NCBI GenBank assembly: GCA_026708265.1
Contig: JAPOVI010000030.1
Location: 571 to 64,570, forward strand
DNA length: 64,000 nucleotides
Direction: 5' to 3'
From: Acidobacteriota bacterium
Lineage (GTDB): Bacteria > Acidobacteriota > Vicinamibacteria > Vicinamibacterales > UBA8438
In this document: positions 48,748 through 61,366 of the stretch, in pieces
How positions within the stretch are numbered: position 1 is the stretch's first letter
Layout: each line of letters begins with the position of its first letter
Position numbers and translations under genes: made by a program
Notes under the pieces: model-generated
Databases searched by the model: none
Told to the model about the DNA's origin: nothing
Seen by the model: only the letters and a program-made list of their open reading frames with translations

Positions 48748-50303
48748 CCCTGCAGCAGTCCGCGCTCCCGATCCTCATCGTCGCCTCGCCGCTCGTCGCC
48801 TCGTTCCTCCTGCCGCTGGTCGGCTGGTGGCGGCGCGAGGCCGCGTATCCGGTCTTCCTGGGCGCGCTGGCCATCTCCGCCGGCGCATCGGTCGCCGCCG
48901 CGCAGGCGGTGCTGGCGGAGGGCCCGCTGGCCTACCACCTGGGCGGCTGGGCCCCGCCGTGGGGAATCGCGTTCCGCATCGACCTCCTCGCCGCGTTACT
49001 GCTGGTTCTGCTGAGCGGCATGGGGCTCGCGGTCGGCGTCTTCTCGAAGCGGAGCGTCCTCCGGGAGCTGCCGGAGCGCGAGGTGCCGTTCTACACCGTG
49101 TACCTGCTGCTGATGACCGGCGTGACGGGCATGGTGGCCACGGCCGACATGTTCAACCTGTACGTGTTCCTGGAGATCGCGTCGCTCACGAGCTACGCGC
49201 TCGTCTCGATCGGCAGCGGCCGGGCGGTGGTCGCCGCGTTCCGCTACCTCGTGCTCGGGACCGTCGGCGCCGCCTTCTATCTGCTGGCGGTCGGCTACCT
49301 CTACAGCGTCGCCGGTACGCTCAACATGGCGGACCTGGCGGAGGTGCTGCCGGCGCTGTACGAGTCGAACGCCGTGCGCGTCGGCTTCGCCTTCTTCGTC
49401 GTCGGCATGGCGATCAAGATGGCGCTGTTCCCGGTGCACGCGTGGCTGCCCGCCGCGTACGCCCACGCGCCTTCGGCGGTGAGCGCGATCGTCGCCGCGA
49501 CGACGACGAAGGTGGCGGCCTACGCGCTCATCCGCGTGACCTTCTTCGTGTTCGAGCCGCGCTTCGCCGTCGAGCTCTTCCCGGTGACGGCGCTGCTCGG
49601 GGTGGCGGGCGCGGTCGCGATGGTCCTTGGGTCGGTGCTGGCCATCGCGCAGACGGACCTCAAGCGCATGCTGGCCTACTCGTCGGTGGCGCAGGTGGGC
49701 TACATCGTGCTCGGGGTGGGCATGGCCAACGCCACCGCCCTGACCGGCAGCGTGCTGCATCTCGTCAACCACTCGGTCATGAAGGGCTGCCTCTTCCTGG
49801 CCGCGGGGGCCATCCTGTACCGCACCGGTTGCCGCGAGATCGTCCAGCTTCGCCACCTGTCGCGGCGCATGCCGTGGACGGCGGCCCTCTTCAGCGTGGC
49901 CGCCTTCTCGATGATCGGCCTGCCGCCGTTCGGCGGCTTCTTCAGCAAGATGTACCTGATCCTCGGCGCCATCGAAGGCGAGCAGTGGGTCTTCCTGGCC
50001 CTGATCCTGCTCAGCAGCGTGCTCGCGCTCGCCTACTTCGCCAACGTGCTGCGCTACCTGTACGTCCCGGGTGAGGCACCGGTGGCGGCAGGCCCCGCGG
50101 GCGGCGCGGAGGCGGCCGCGAACGCCGCGGGCGGGCAAGGGGACGAGGTCCGCGAACGCGAGGGCCTGGCCGGCGAGGCTCCGCTGCCGATGCTGGCGCC
50201 GATGTTCGCCCTGGCCGTCGCGATCCTGCTGCTCGGCCTGCTCAACGGCCCGATCGTCTCCGGGTTTCTCGAGCCGGTCCTGCCGGAGGGGCTCCCCCGA
50301 TGA
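48744..50303 (+). CDS. mnhD: Second Mrp-like complex, subunit D
   Basis: DMFNLYVFLEI, IKMALFPVHAWLP, TTKVAAY, GFFSKMY; canonical charged residues. Confidence 0.92.
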   Translation: MTLQQSALPILIVASPLVASFLLPLVGWWRREAAYPVFLGALAISAGASVAAAQAVLAEGPLAYHLGGWAPPWGIAFRIDLLAALLLVLLSGMGLAVGVFSKRSVLRELPEREVPFYTVYLLLMTGVTGMVATADMFNLYVFLEIASLTSYALVSIGSGRAVVAAFRYLVLGTVGAAFYLLAVGYLYSVAGTLNMADLAEVLPALYESNAVRVGFAFFVVGMAIKMALFPVHAWLPAAYAHAPSAVSAIVAATTTKVAAYALIRVTFFVFEPRFAVELFPVTALLGVAGAVAMVLGSVLAIAQTDLKRMLAYSSVAQVGYIVLGVGMANATALTGSVLHLVNHSVMKGCLFLAAGAILYRTGCREIVQLRHLSRRMPWTAALFSVAAFSMIGLPPFGGFFSKMYLILGAIEGEQWVFLALILLSSVLALAYFANVLRYLYVPGEAPVAAGPAGGAEAAANAAGGQGDEVREREGLAGEAPLPMLAPMFALAVAILLLGLLNGPIVSGFLEPVLPEGLPR

Positions 50304-52387
50304 GCGGCACGCTGGCCGTCGCGGCGTGGGTGGCGATCGGCGCGCCGTTCGCCGGGGCAGCGCTCGCGCCGCTGGTGCGGCGCGTGCACGACCGGGCGAG
50401 CGACGCGGTGGCGATCGCCGCCTCGCTCGTCGCGGCGGCCGCCGCGCTTCGCCTGGCGCCCGCCCTCCTCGAGCCGGAGGCGCTGCCGGTCGAGAGCACG
50501 GTGCCGTGGCTCACGGCGCCGGTGGCGATCGACGTCGGTGTGCTGGTCGATCCGCTCGGCATCGTGCTGGCCAACGTGGTGGCGGTGGTCAGCTTCGTCA
50601 TCATGGTCTACTGCCGCGGCTACATGCGGGACGACGCGTCGCGCACGCGCTTCTGGATGTGGATGAACGCGTTCATCGGCAGCATGCTGCTGCTCGTGCT
50701 GGCGAGCAACCTGCTGCTGCTCTTCGTCGGCTGGAAGCTGGTCGGCGTCTGCAGCTACGGCCTGATCGGCTACTACTACCGGGACCAGCGGCGGTACTGG
50801 ATCGGGGGGCCGCCGCCGACCGCCTACGTCACCCCGTCCGAGGCCGGGCTCAAGGCCCTGCTGGTGACCGGGGCCGGCGACCTCCTGATGCTGGGCGGCA
50901 TCTTCCTGCTCTACGGCTACGCGGGGACCCTGAGCTTCGTCGAGCTCTACGAGACGGCGCCGGTCTGGCTCTCCGCCATGGCGCAAACGCCGGGCATGGT
51001 GATGCTGGTGACGCTGCTGCTCCTCGCGGGCCCGCTCGGCAAGTCGGCCCAGTTCCCGTTCCACGAGTGGCTGCCCGAGGCGATGACGGGACCGGGCCCC
51101 GTGTCGGCGCTCATCCACGCCGCGACGATGGTGAAGAGCGGCGTCTACCTCGTGGCGCGCCTCGTGCCGCTCTTCTACTACGGCCGGTGGGTGGCCGGGA
51201 TCGACGACGCGGCCTGGTTCTTCCACCTGACGGCGTGGCTGGGGGCCGCCACCGCCCTGCTCGCGGCCACGCAGGCGCTGGTGGCGGTGGAGCTCAAGAA
51301 GGTGCTCGCCTACTCGACGGTGAGCCAGATCGGCTACATGATGCTGGCCCTGGGCGCGGCGGGCCTCGTCCCCGACCTCCTCGCCGACGGCTACACGGCC
51401 GCCGTCTTCCACCTGGTCAGCCACGCGCTGTTCAAGGCCTGCCTCTTCCTCGCCGCGGGCACCGTCATCCACGCCGTGCACTCGATCTACATCACGGACA
51501 TGGGCGGGGCGCGCCGCGCGCTGCCCCTCACCTGGGTCTGCTCGCTGGCGGCCGGCTGGTCACTCATGGGGCTGCCGCCCTCCCCGGGTTTCTGGAGCAA
51601 GGACGCCGTGCTGCTGGTCACCGCGGAGGCGAGCGCGCCGCTGTTGGTCGTCGGGCTGGTTACGGCTGGCCTGACGGCGTTCTACACCGTCCGCCTGGTG
51701 GGGCTCGTCTTCCACGGCCCGGCCGGCGACGGCGTCCCCGCACCCGCGACGGGCGTCTTCGACCACGCGGCAGAAGGGGGCCACGGCGCCCCCGACGGCA
51801 CGCTCTCGATGCGCGCCGCCACCGCCGTGCTGGGGCTGGGCATCGTGGCGGCGGGGCTCGGCGGCACGCTGCTCGAGGGGGCGCTGCACCACGGGCTCGA
51901 GGCGGGGCTGCCGGCGAGCCTCTCCGCGATGCCGCCGGAAGAGGCGGCCGCTGCTTTCGCCGGCGCCGGCGCCGGTCATGCTCTCGTGCTGGCTCTCGCG
52001 CTCCTGGCCAGCGCCGCGGGGGCGGTCCCGGCCTGGGTCCTCTACTTCTCGCGCCGGGCCTCCCCCGAGGCGCTCCTCGCGCGGTCCGCCGCGCTGCGGG
52101 GGCTCCACGGCTTCTTCCGGCGGCGCTGGGAGATCGACGCGCTCTACCGGCGGGCCTTCGTCGACGGCACGCGGCGGCTGGCGGCACTCGTCGCGTCGTC
52201 CCTCGAGGCGCCGTGGGACCGGGCCGTGCATCGCGGCCTGCCCTGGCTGATGATGGAGAGGACGGCCCAGCTCGTCCACCGGCTCCAGGCCGACAGCGAG
52301 GACCTGACCCACAACGTCGCCTACGTGCTGGCCATCTTCGCCGCGCTGCTGGCCGTGCTGCTGCTGGCCGCGGGGGCGGGGGGCTGA
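50300..52387 (+). CDS. NuoL/MrpA-like antiporter subunit (TM5 Glu replaced by Lys)
   Basis: GKSAQFPFHEWLPEAM, SALIHAATMV, SHALFKACLFL, GFWSKD. Reads FVGWKLVG where WE is expected. Confidence 0.88.
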   Translation: MSGTLAVAAWVAIGAPFAGAALAPLVRRVHDRASDAVAIAASLVAAAAALRLAPALLEPEALPVESTVPWLTAPVAIDVGVLVDPLGIVLANVVAVVSFVIMVYCRGYMRDDASRTRFWMWMNAFIGSMLLLVLASNLLLLFVGWKLVGVCSYGLIGYYYRDQRRYWIGGPPPTAYVTPSEAGLKALLVTGAGDLLMLGGIFLLYGYAGTLSFVELYETAPVWLSAMAQTPGMVMLVTLLLLAGPLGKSAQFPFHEWLPEAMTGPGPVSALIHAATMVKSGVYLVARLVPLFYYGRWVAGIDDAAWFFHLTAWLGAATALLAATQALVAVELKKVLAYSTVSQIGYMMLALGAAGLVPDLLADGYTAAVFHLVSHALFKACLFLAAGTVIHAVHSIYITDMGGARRALPLTWVCSLAAGWSLMGLPPSPGFWSKDAVLLVTAEASAPLLVVGLVTAGLTAFYTVRLVGLVFHGPAGDGVPAPATGVFDHAAEGGHGAPDGTLSMRAATAVLGLGIVAAGLGGTLLEGALHHGLEAGLPASLSAMPPEEAAAAFAGAGAGHALVLALALLASAAGAVPAWVLYFSRRASPEALLARSAALRGLHGFFRRRWEIDALYRRAFVDGTRRLAALVASSLEAPWDRAVHRGLPWLMMERTAQLVHRLQADSEDLTHNVAYVLAIFAALLAVLLLAAGAGG

Positions 52388-52388
52388 C

Positions 52389-53885
52389 GTGGAAGGCCTG
52401 CTGCTCCAGACGCTGCTCGCCCCGCTGGCCGGCGGCGTGCTCAGCTTCCTCGCCCGGGGCACGCGCGGTCGCCTGGCGGGCTGGATCGCCACCGGCGCGA
52501 TGCTCTGGACGACGGCGGTGGTGGCGCTCGTGGGCGTCGCCGTCTACGGCGGCCGCGCGCCGCGCGAGTCGTACCTCGACATCGCGCCGGGTGTCCGCCT
52601 CGGGCTGCTCGCCGACGGGCTCAGCTACCCGACGCTGGCCGTCGTGACCCTGCTGTGCGCGGCCCTGACCTGCTACTCGATCCGCTACGTCGAGCGCCGG
52701 GTGTCCGTGCTCTACGGCGCCGAGCCGGAGGCGGTGCAGGCCCGCCACTACGCGCGCTTCTTCTACCTGCTGCCGCTGTTCCCGGTCGGCTTCGCGGGCA
52801 CCATCCTGAGCACGAACCTGGTGTCGCTGTATTTCTTCCTCGAGGTGCTGACCGTCGCCCTGTTCTTCCTGATGGCCGGCTTCGGCTACCGCGACCGGGT
52901 GCGCATCGCCTTCATCAGCCTGGCGTGGGGCATCGTCGGCGCCCTCCTGTTCCTGGCCGCGGCGCTGACCGTGTACGCGGAGATCGGCAGCCTCGAGGTC
53001 GACGACCTGTCGCGGATGGCCGGGAGCGGGCTGGCGGGGGCGACGGTGGCGCTCTTCCTGCTCGGCCTGCTGATGAAGCTGGCCGTGGTGCCGCTGCACG
53101 TCTGGATGCCCTCGGTGCACGCCGAGCACCCGACGTGCATCGCGGGGCTGCTCGCCGTTTACGCCAACCTGGCCCTCTACGTGGTCGTCCGCGTCCTGGT
53201 GCTGCCGCTGGGGGGAGACTTCGCCGCCTTCGGCACGCCGCTCATGGCGCTGGCGCTCGTCACCATGGTCTACGGCTCGCTGCTGACGCTGGCCCAGACC
53301 GACATCAAGCGGCTCGCCGCCTGCTCGACGATCAGCCAGGTGGCCTACTCCGTCCTCGGGGTCGGGGCACTCACGGCGGCCGGCGTCGAGGGGGGCCTGT
53401 TCTTCTTCCTGAGCCACATCATGGGGAAGACGGTCTTCTTCTCCACCGCGGGCATCGTGGTGTACGCGACGCGCACCCGCGACATGCGCGAGCTGGGCGG
53501 CTTGGCGCGCAAGATGCCGGTCACGGCCGTCCTCTGGCTGATCGGCTGCCTGATGCTCTCGGGGTTCCCGCCCTTCTCGAGCTTCGCGGCCGAGTGGATC
53601 CTCTTCACGGGCGTGTTCGAGCGGGGGCTCGCAGAGGGCCCGGGGGTGGTGGCGATCGCGATCGGCGGCACCGCCACGGTGGTCCTGACCATGGCGTACA
53701 CCTTCGGCGCCGCCCGGCGGATCTTCTTCGGACCGCTGCCGGCCCACCTTGCCGATCGGGAGCTGACCGACCCGCCCTGGACGATGACGGTGCCGCTGGG
53801 CGTGGTGGCCGCGGCGTCGGTCGTCCTGGGACTCTATCCGGCGGCGGTCCTCGACCTGCTGCACGCGGTCCTGGCCGGCATCTGA
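52389..53885 (+). CDS. NuoM-like antiporter subunit (TM8 Lys replaced by Asn)
   Basis: FFLEV, MKLAVVPLHVWMP, DIKRLAA.S, FAAEW (TM12 Glu as in NuoM). Confidence 0.88.
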   Translation: MEGLLLQTLLAPLAGGVLSFLARGTRGRLAGWIATGAMLWTTAVVALVGVAVYGGRAPRESYLDIAPGVRLGLLADGLSYPTLAVVTLLCAALTCYSIRYVERRVSVLYGAEPEAVQARHYARFFYLLPLFPVGFAGTILSTNLVSLYFFLEVLTVALFFLMAGFGYRDRVRIAFISLAWGIVGALLFLAAALTVYAEIGSLEVDDLSRMAGSGLAGATVALFLLGLLMKLAVVPLHVWMPSVHAEHPTCIAGLLAVYANLALYVVVRVLVLPLGGDFAAFGTPLMALALVTMVYGSLLTLAQTDIKRLAACSTISQVAYSVLGVGALTAAGVEGGLFFFLSHIMGKTVFFSTAGIVVYATRTRDMRELGGLARKMPVTAVLWLIGCLMLSGFPPFSSFAAEWILFTGVFERGLAEGPGVVAIAIGGTATVVLTMAYTFGAARRIFFGPLPAHLADRELTDPPWTMTVPLGVVAAASVVLGLYPAAVLDLLHAVLAGI

Positions 53886-54027
53886 CGCTGTAGAGACGGG
53901 GCGGCACCGGGCGACCGCGACGGGACGCAGCAGCAGGGCGAAACGGCCGGAACCGCACCCACGGCGGGCGGCGGCCCGGCCGCTCGACCGAGCGGAGGGA
54001 ACGAAACGACGAACCGGTGGTGGCGGA

Positions 54028-54744
54028 CTACTCGATGGCGGTGATGATCCACCGGCCCTCGATCATCCCGGTCTCCCCGCCGGCCAACTCGACCTTCTGG
54101 AGGGTGACGGTCATCGTCCGCTCTTCCTCGGCGCCGTCGCGCTCGACGTTCGCGCTGACCGTGACGTCCTTCGAGACCAGCTCGCCCTCGAACTCGACGA
54201 CGTTGAGCGGGTTGGCCGGGTCATAGGTGCTCACCTGCGCGATGCGGCTCTCGTCGGTCAGCTCGTTCTGCTTGGCCGACACCTGCCGCGCGAACTCGCG
54301 CTCGTCCTCGCGCCACTTGGCCCAGGCTTCCTGCACCTCCTGGTCCCGGCGCCGGACATCCTCGCCCTCCCGCTCCGCCTCGACGACGCGCGCGATCACG
54401 TCGAAGTTCTCGTCCTGGTACGCCTTCTTCTCCTCTCGGAAGGACGTCTCCTCCGCGCGCAGGGCCTGGAGCTCCTCGGAGAGCTCGATCATGCGCAACG
54501 CCCGGCGCTCCTCCTCGGTGACCGCCTCCACGCTCGGACTCGATGCGATCCCGTCCTCCTGTGGATCGAACACGACCATCGACATGTTCCCGAGCGTCGT
54601 GCGGTCGCCGTAGCGCGAGGCCTGGAAGAAGCTGCGCATGATGCTGAGCTCCTCCCCTCCGCCCCCGCACGCGGCCAACAGACCGCCTCCCGCCAGCAGC
54701 GCCAAGGTGATGCCCCCAACAGCTCGGAGCGATGAACGAGACAT
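54028..54744 (-). CDS. Hypothetical lipoprotein with coiled coil
   Basis: GGAAGGAGG RBS, lipobox LAAC, long E/R-rich helices. Confidence 0.8.
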   Translation of the reverse strand: MSRSSLRAVGGITLALLAGGGLLAACGGGGEELSIMRSFFQASRYGDRTTLGNMSMVVFDPQEDGIASSPSVEAVTEEERRALRMIELSEELQALRAEETSFREEKKAYQDENFDVIARVVEAEREGEDVRRRDQEVQEAWAKWREDEREFARQVSAKQNELTDESRIAQVSTYDPANPLNVVEFEGELVSKDVTVSANVERDGAEEERTMTVTLQKVELAGGETGMIEGRWIITAIE

Positions 54745-54781
54745 GAGCCTGCCTCCTTCCCGGTGAGCCACAGTAAACCGC

Positions 54782-57322
54782 CTACGCGTCTCCGTCCGGG
54801 TCGTCCGCATCCGGGTCGCCCACGGGCACGTCATCCGTGCCCGCGTCCGCGTCGGCCGTCTCGACCAGGCGTGCCATCGACACGACGCGGTCGTCGTTGC
54901 CGATCTCGATCAGCCGGACGCCCTGCGTGGCCCGACCGATCGGCCGGACGTCGCTGACCACCATCCGCAGCACCTTGCCCTGCTGCGTCACGAGCATCAG
55001 CTCGTCGCCAGCGTCGACGCACGCCACACCCGTGACGCGGCCGTTACGGACATTCGCGCGAACATTAATGATACCGAGTCCTCCTCGCGATTGCACGCGG
55101 TAATCGTCGAGCGGCGTCCGCTTGCCGTACCCGTTCTCGGTGACCGTCAGGAGCGTCGCGCCGGGCCGGGCGATGGCCATGCCGACCACCTCGTCGCCCT
55201 CCCGCAGCCGGATGCCCCGCACGCCGCCCGCGGTGCGGCCCATGGCCCGCGCCTCCGTCTCCGGGAAGCGGATGGTCAGCCCGTTCCGGGTGCCGATGAA
55301 GATGTCGGCCTGCCCGTCGGTCAGCTCGGCGCCGACCACCTCGTCGCCTCCGTCCGCGGCGATGCCCATCGCGATCAGCCCGCCGGCGCGCCGGGTGCGG
55401 TAGGCCCTGAGGTCGGTCTTCTTGACGACGCCGCGGCGGGTCGCCATGACGACGAACCGCTGGCCGTCCGCGGCGGGGAACTCGCGGAGCGTCTCGAGCG
55501 CCGCGATGCGCTCGCCCGGAGCCATCTCGACCAGGTTGGCGATCGACTTGCCCCGCCCGGCCGGGCCGACGTCGGGGATCTCGTGGACCTTCAGCGAGTA
55601 GACCCGCCCACGGTCCGAGAAGATCAGGATGTAGGCGTGGGTCGAGGCGACGAAGACGTGGGTGAGGAAGTCCTCCTCGCGCGTGCGCATTCCGATGCGG
55701 CCCTTGCCGCCGCGCCCCTGTTGGCGGTACTCCGTGACCGCCGTGCGCTTGACGTAGCCGGTGTTGCTGACCGTGATCGCCATGTCCTCCTCGGCGATCA
55801 GGTCCTCGACGCTGAAGTCGCCGGGGTCGTGGATGATCTCGGTCCGCCGCTCGTCGCCGTAGCGCTCCTGGATGGCGCGCAGCTCATCGACGACGATCCC
55901 CCGCAGCAGCTCCGCGCTCTCGAGGATGGCGCGCAGGCGCCCGATGGTCTCGCGCAGCTCGGCCAGCTCGTCGACGATCTTCCGGCGCTCGAGCCCCGTC
56001 AGGCGCTGCAGTTGCATGTCGAGGATCGCCTGCGCCTGCTTCGGCGTCAGCTCGAAGCGCTCGATGAGGCCGCTGCGGGCCGCCGGCGGCGAGGGGGCGG
56101 CGCGGATCAGGGCGATGACGGCGTCGAGGTGGTCGAGCGCGATCTTGAGGCCCTCGAGGATGTGCGCGCGCGCCTCGGCCTTGCGCAGCTCGTGCTCGGT
56201 TCGGCGCCGCACCACCTCGCGCCGGAACTCGAGGAAGTGCTCGACGAGCTCGAGGAGCGAGAGCACCCGCGGCCGGCCGGCGACGATGGCCAGCATGATG
56301 ACGCCGAACGACGTCTGCAGCGCGGTGTGCTTGTAGAGGTTGTTGAGCACGACCTCGGGCACCTCGCCGCGGCGGAGCTCGATCACGATGCGCATGCCGT
56401 GGCGATCCGACTCGTCGCGCAGGTCCGAGACGCCCTCGATGACCTTGTCGCGGACGAGCTCGGCGATCTTCTCGACCAGCCGGGCCTTGTTCACCTGGTA
56501 CGGGATCTCGGTGACGACGATCCGGGCGCGGTCGGACTTCCTGCGGGCGCCGTCGCCGTCCTCGATGTCGGCGCGCGCCCGCATCGTCACCGAGCCCCGG
56601 CCCGTGTGGTAGGCCTGGGCGATGCCGGCGCGGCCGACGATGAACCCGCCGGTGGGGAAGTCCGGGCCGGGGATGATCCGCAGGAGCTGCTTCAGCTTGT
56701 CGTCGCCGCTCTCGTGCTCGTGCTCGGCGACCCAGACGATCCCGTCGATTACCTCGCGCAGGTTGTGGGGCGGGATGTTGGTCGCCATCCCGACCGCGAT
56801 GCCGGCCGACCCGTTGACCAGGAGGTTGGGGTACGGCGCCGGGAGGACCGTCGGCTCCTCGGTGGTCTCGTCGTAGTTGGGGATGAAGTCGACCGTCTCC
56901 TTGTCGAGATCGGCCATCAGGTCGTCCGCGAGGCGCGCCAGCCGCGCTTCCGTGTAGCGCATCGCGGCCGGCGGGTCGCCGTCGACGGATCCGAAGTTCC
57001 CCTGGCTGTCGACCAGGGGGTAGCGCATGTTGAAGCCCTGGGCCAGCCGCACCAGCGTGTCGTAGATCGAGGCGTCGCCGTGCGGGTGAAAGTTGCCCAT
57101 CACCTCGCCGATGATCTTGGCGCACTTGCGGTAGGCCCGGTTCGAGGCCAGGCCCATGGTCCGCATGCCGTAGATGACCCGGCGGTGCGCCGGCTTCAGC
57201 CCGTCGCGCACGTCGGGGAGCGCCCGCCCGATGATCACGCTCATGGCGTAATCCATGTACGAGCGGCGCATCTCGTCCTCGATGTTGACGGGCAGGGCGG
57301 GGAGGTCGGATTCTGAGGCCAT
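54782..57322 (-). CDS. gyrA: DNA gyrase subunit A
   Basis: [24 protein letters not shown], GyrA-box QGRGGKG. Confidence 0.98.
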   Translation of the reverse strand: MASESDLPALPVNIEDEMRRSYMDYAMSVIIGRALPDVRDGLKPAHRRVIYGMRTMGLASNRAYRKCAKIIGEVMGNFHPHGDASIYDTLVRLAQGFNMRYPLVDSQGNFGSVDGDPPAAMRYTEARLARLADDLMADLDKETVDFIPNYDETTEEPTVLPAPYPNLLVNGSAGIAVGMATNIPPHNLREVIDGIVWVAEHEHESGDDKLKQLLRIIPGPDFPTGGFIVGRAGIAQAYHTGRGSVTMRARADIEDGDGARRKSDRARIVVTEIPYQVNKARLVEKIAELVRDKVIEGVSDLRDESDRHGMRIVIELRRGEVPEVVLNNLYKHTALQTSFGVIMLAIVAGRPRVLSLLELVEHFLEFRREVVRRRTEHELRKAEARAHILEGLKIALDHLDAVIALIRAAPSPPAARSGLIERFELTPKQAQAILDMQLQRLTGLERRKIVDELAELRETIGRLRAILESAELLRGIVVDELRAIQERYGDERRTEIIHDPGDFSVEDLIAEEDMAITVSNTGYVKRTAVTEYRQQGRGGKGRIGMRTREEDFLTHVFVASTHAYILIFSDRGRVYSLKVHEIPDVGPAGRGKSIANLVEMAPGERIAALETLREFPAADGQRFVVMATRRGVVKKTDLRAYRTRRAGGLIAMGIAADGGDEVVGAELTDGQADIFIGTRNGLTIRFPETEARAMGRTAGGVRGIRLREGDEVVGMAIARPGATLLTVTENGYGKRTPLDDYRVQSRGGLGIINVRANVRNGRVTGVACVDAGDELMLVTQQGKVLRMVVSDVRPIGRATQGVRLIEIGNDDRVVSMARLVETADADAGTDDVPVGDPDADDPDGDA

Positions 57323-57340
57323 GGAACGGTCCGGAGCGGG

Positions 57341-59971
<2,631 letters not shown>

Positions 59972-61096
59972 CTAGACCCGCATCGGCATGATGACGTAGG
60001 TGTACTCGCAGCCGCCCTCGCCCAGCGGCTGCATGACGGCCTGGCTCATCTCGTCGCGGAACTCCAGGCCCACGGTGTCCGAGTCGACCGCACCGAGAAA
60101 GTCCGTGACGTACTGGGCGTTGAAGCAGATCTGCAGCTCGCTGCCGGCGTAGTCGACCTCGAGCACCTCCTTGGCCTCGCCGACCTCGGGGCTGCTCGAC
60201 CGGACCTCGACCGAGTTCGTGTCCATCTGGAACCTGACCGCGCGCGAGCGCTCGCTCGAGAGCAGCGCGACCCGCCGGACCGCCCGCATCAACCGATCCC
60301 GCTCGAACTCGATCCGCTTGTCGTTGCCCTGCGGGATGACCCGTTCGTAGGCGGGAAACTGCGCGTCGATGACGCGCGAGATGAGGTGCCGGCCGTCGAT
60401 CTCGAAGAAGAGATGATTCTCCCCGAACTCGCAGCTCACGTCGCCCTCGCTGTCGGACAGCAGCCGCGCGAGTTCGCCGAGCGTTTTCTTGGGGAGAATC
60501 GCGCGCTGCTCCCCGCCGTCGGGGCCCTCGCCCTCGTCCGCGCCGCGCGGCGCGGCGGCCAGCGCCAGGCGGTGACCGTCCGTGGCGACCAGCGTCATCC
60601 TTCCGGGGACCAGGATCAGCAGCGCGCCGTTCAGGAAGTAGCGGGTGTCCTCGCCGGTGATCGCGAACTGGGTCTTCGCCACCATCTCCCCGAGCGCGGC
60701 GCGAGGCAGGACCGCCGACCATCCGGAGCCGGGTTCCGGCACCGTCGGGAAATCCTCCCGCGGCAACGTCTGCATCCGCGAGTCGAACTGCGCGGCCGCG
60801 ACCTCGACGGCTCCCTTCGCGCCCTCCTGGATTCGGATCTCGGTCTCCGGCAGGGCGCGCACGATCTCGAAGAGCTTCTTCGCCGGGATCGTCACCGAGC
60901 CCGGCTCGCTGATCTCCGCCGCGCACTGGCTCCGCAGGCCGACCTCCAGATCCGTGGCGAGCATCTGCAGCCCGCCCTCGCCGTTCGCTTCGAGAAGGAC
61001 GTTCCCCAGAATCGGAATGGTGTTCTTCCGCTCGACGATTCCCTGGAAGAGCTGCAACTCGCGCAGCAGGTCGCTCTGTCGAACGCTGAGTTCCAT
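59972..61096 (-). CDS. dnaN: DNA polymerase III beta sliding clamp
   Basis: TIPILGNVL, ATDLE, ATDGHRL, FPAYERVIP, VIMPMR. Confidence 0.98.
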   Translation of the reverse strand: MELSVRQSDLLRELQLFQGIVERKNTIPILGNVLLEANGEGGLQMLATDLEVGLRSQCAAEISEPGSVTIPAKKLFEIVRALPETEIRIQEGAKGAVEVAAAQFDSRMQTLPREDFPTVPEPGSGWSAVLPRAALGEMVAKTQFAITGEDTRYFLNGALLILVPGRMTLVATDGHRLALAAAPRGADEGEGPDGGEQRAILPKKTLGELARLLSDSEGDVSCEFGENHLFFEIDGRHLISRVIDAQFPAYERVIPQGNDKRIEFERDRLMRAVRRVALLSSERSRAVRFQMDTNSVEVRSSSPEVGEAKEVLEVDYAGSELQICFNAQYVTDFLGAVDSDTVGLEFRDEMSQAVMQPLGEGGCEYTYVIMPMRV

Positions 61097-61366
61097 GGGG
61101 CCGAAACCTCGGGTCTACGGACCGGGAAACCGGGCAACGGGGGTTGTGCGTACCACTAGAAAGGAGAGGACGTTCAATTATACAAGAACCAGAACTTCTG
61201 TGAGCATGTGGACGCTGCTCCTAAGCCCCTGTACGACAAGGACTTCGCAGCAGGCCGGCTGTGGAGCCGGACGCGGACGGATGGTCGATCGGCTGCTTGC
61301 GAGGGCCGTCCACAGCCCGTTCGCGCGCCGTGCAGAGGACGTTGTGGATGAAGGCCCGCGCCTCCG
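61097..61366. other. oriC candidate, dnaA-dnaN intergenic part
   Basis: DnaA-box-like TCATCCACA (61343-51, minus strand), CCGTCCACA (61306-14), further TGTGGA cores, A-rich patch ~61155-61200. Confidence 0.65.
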
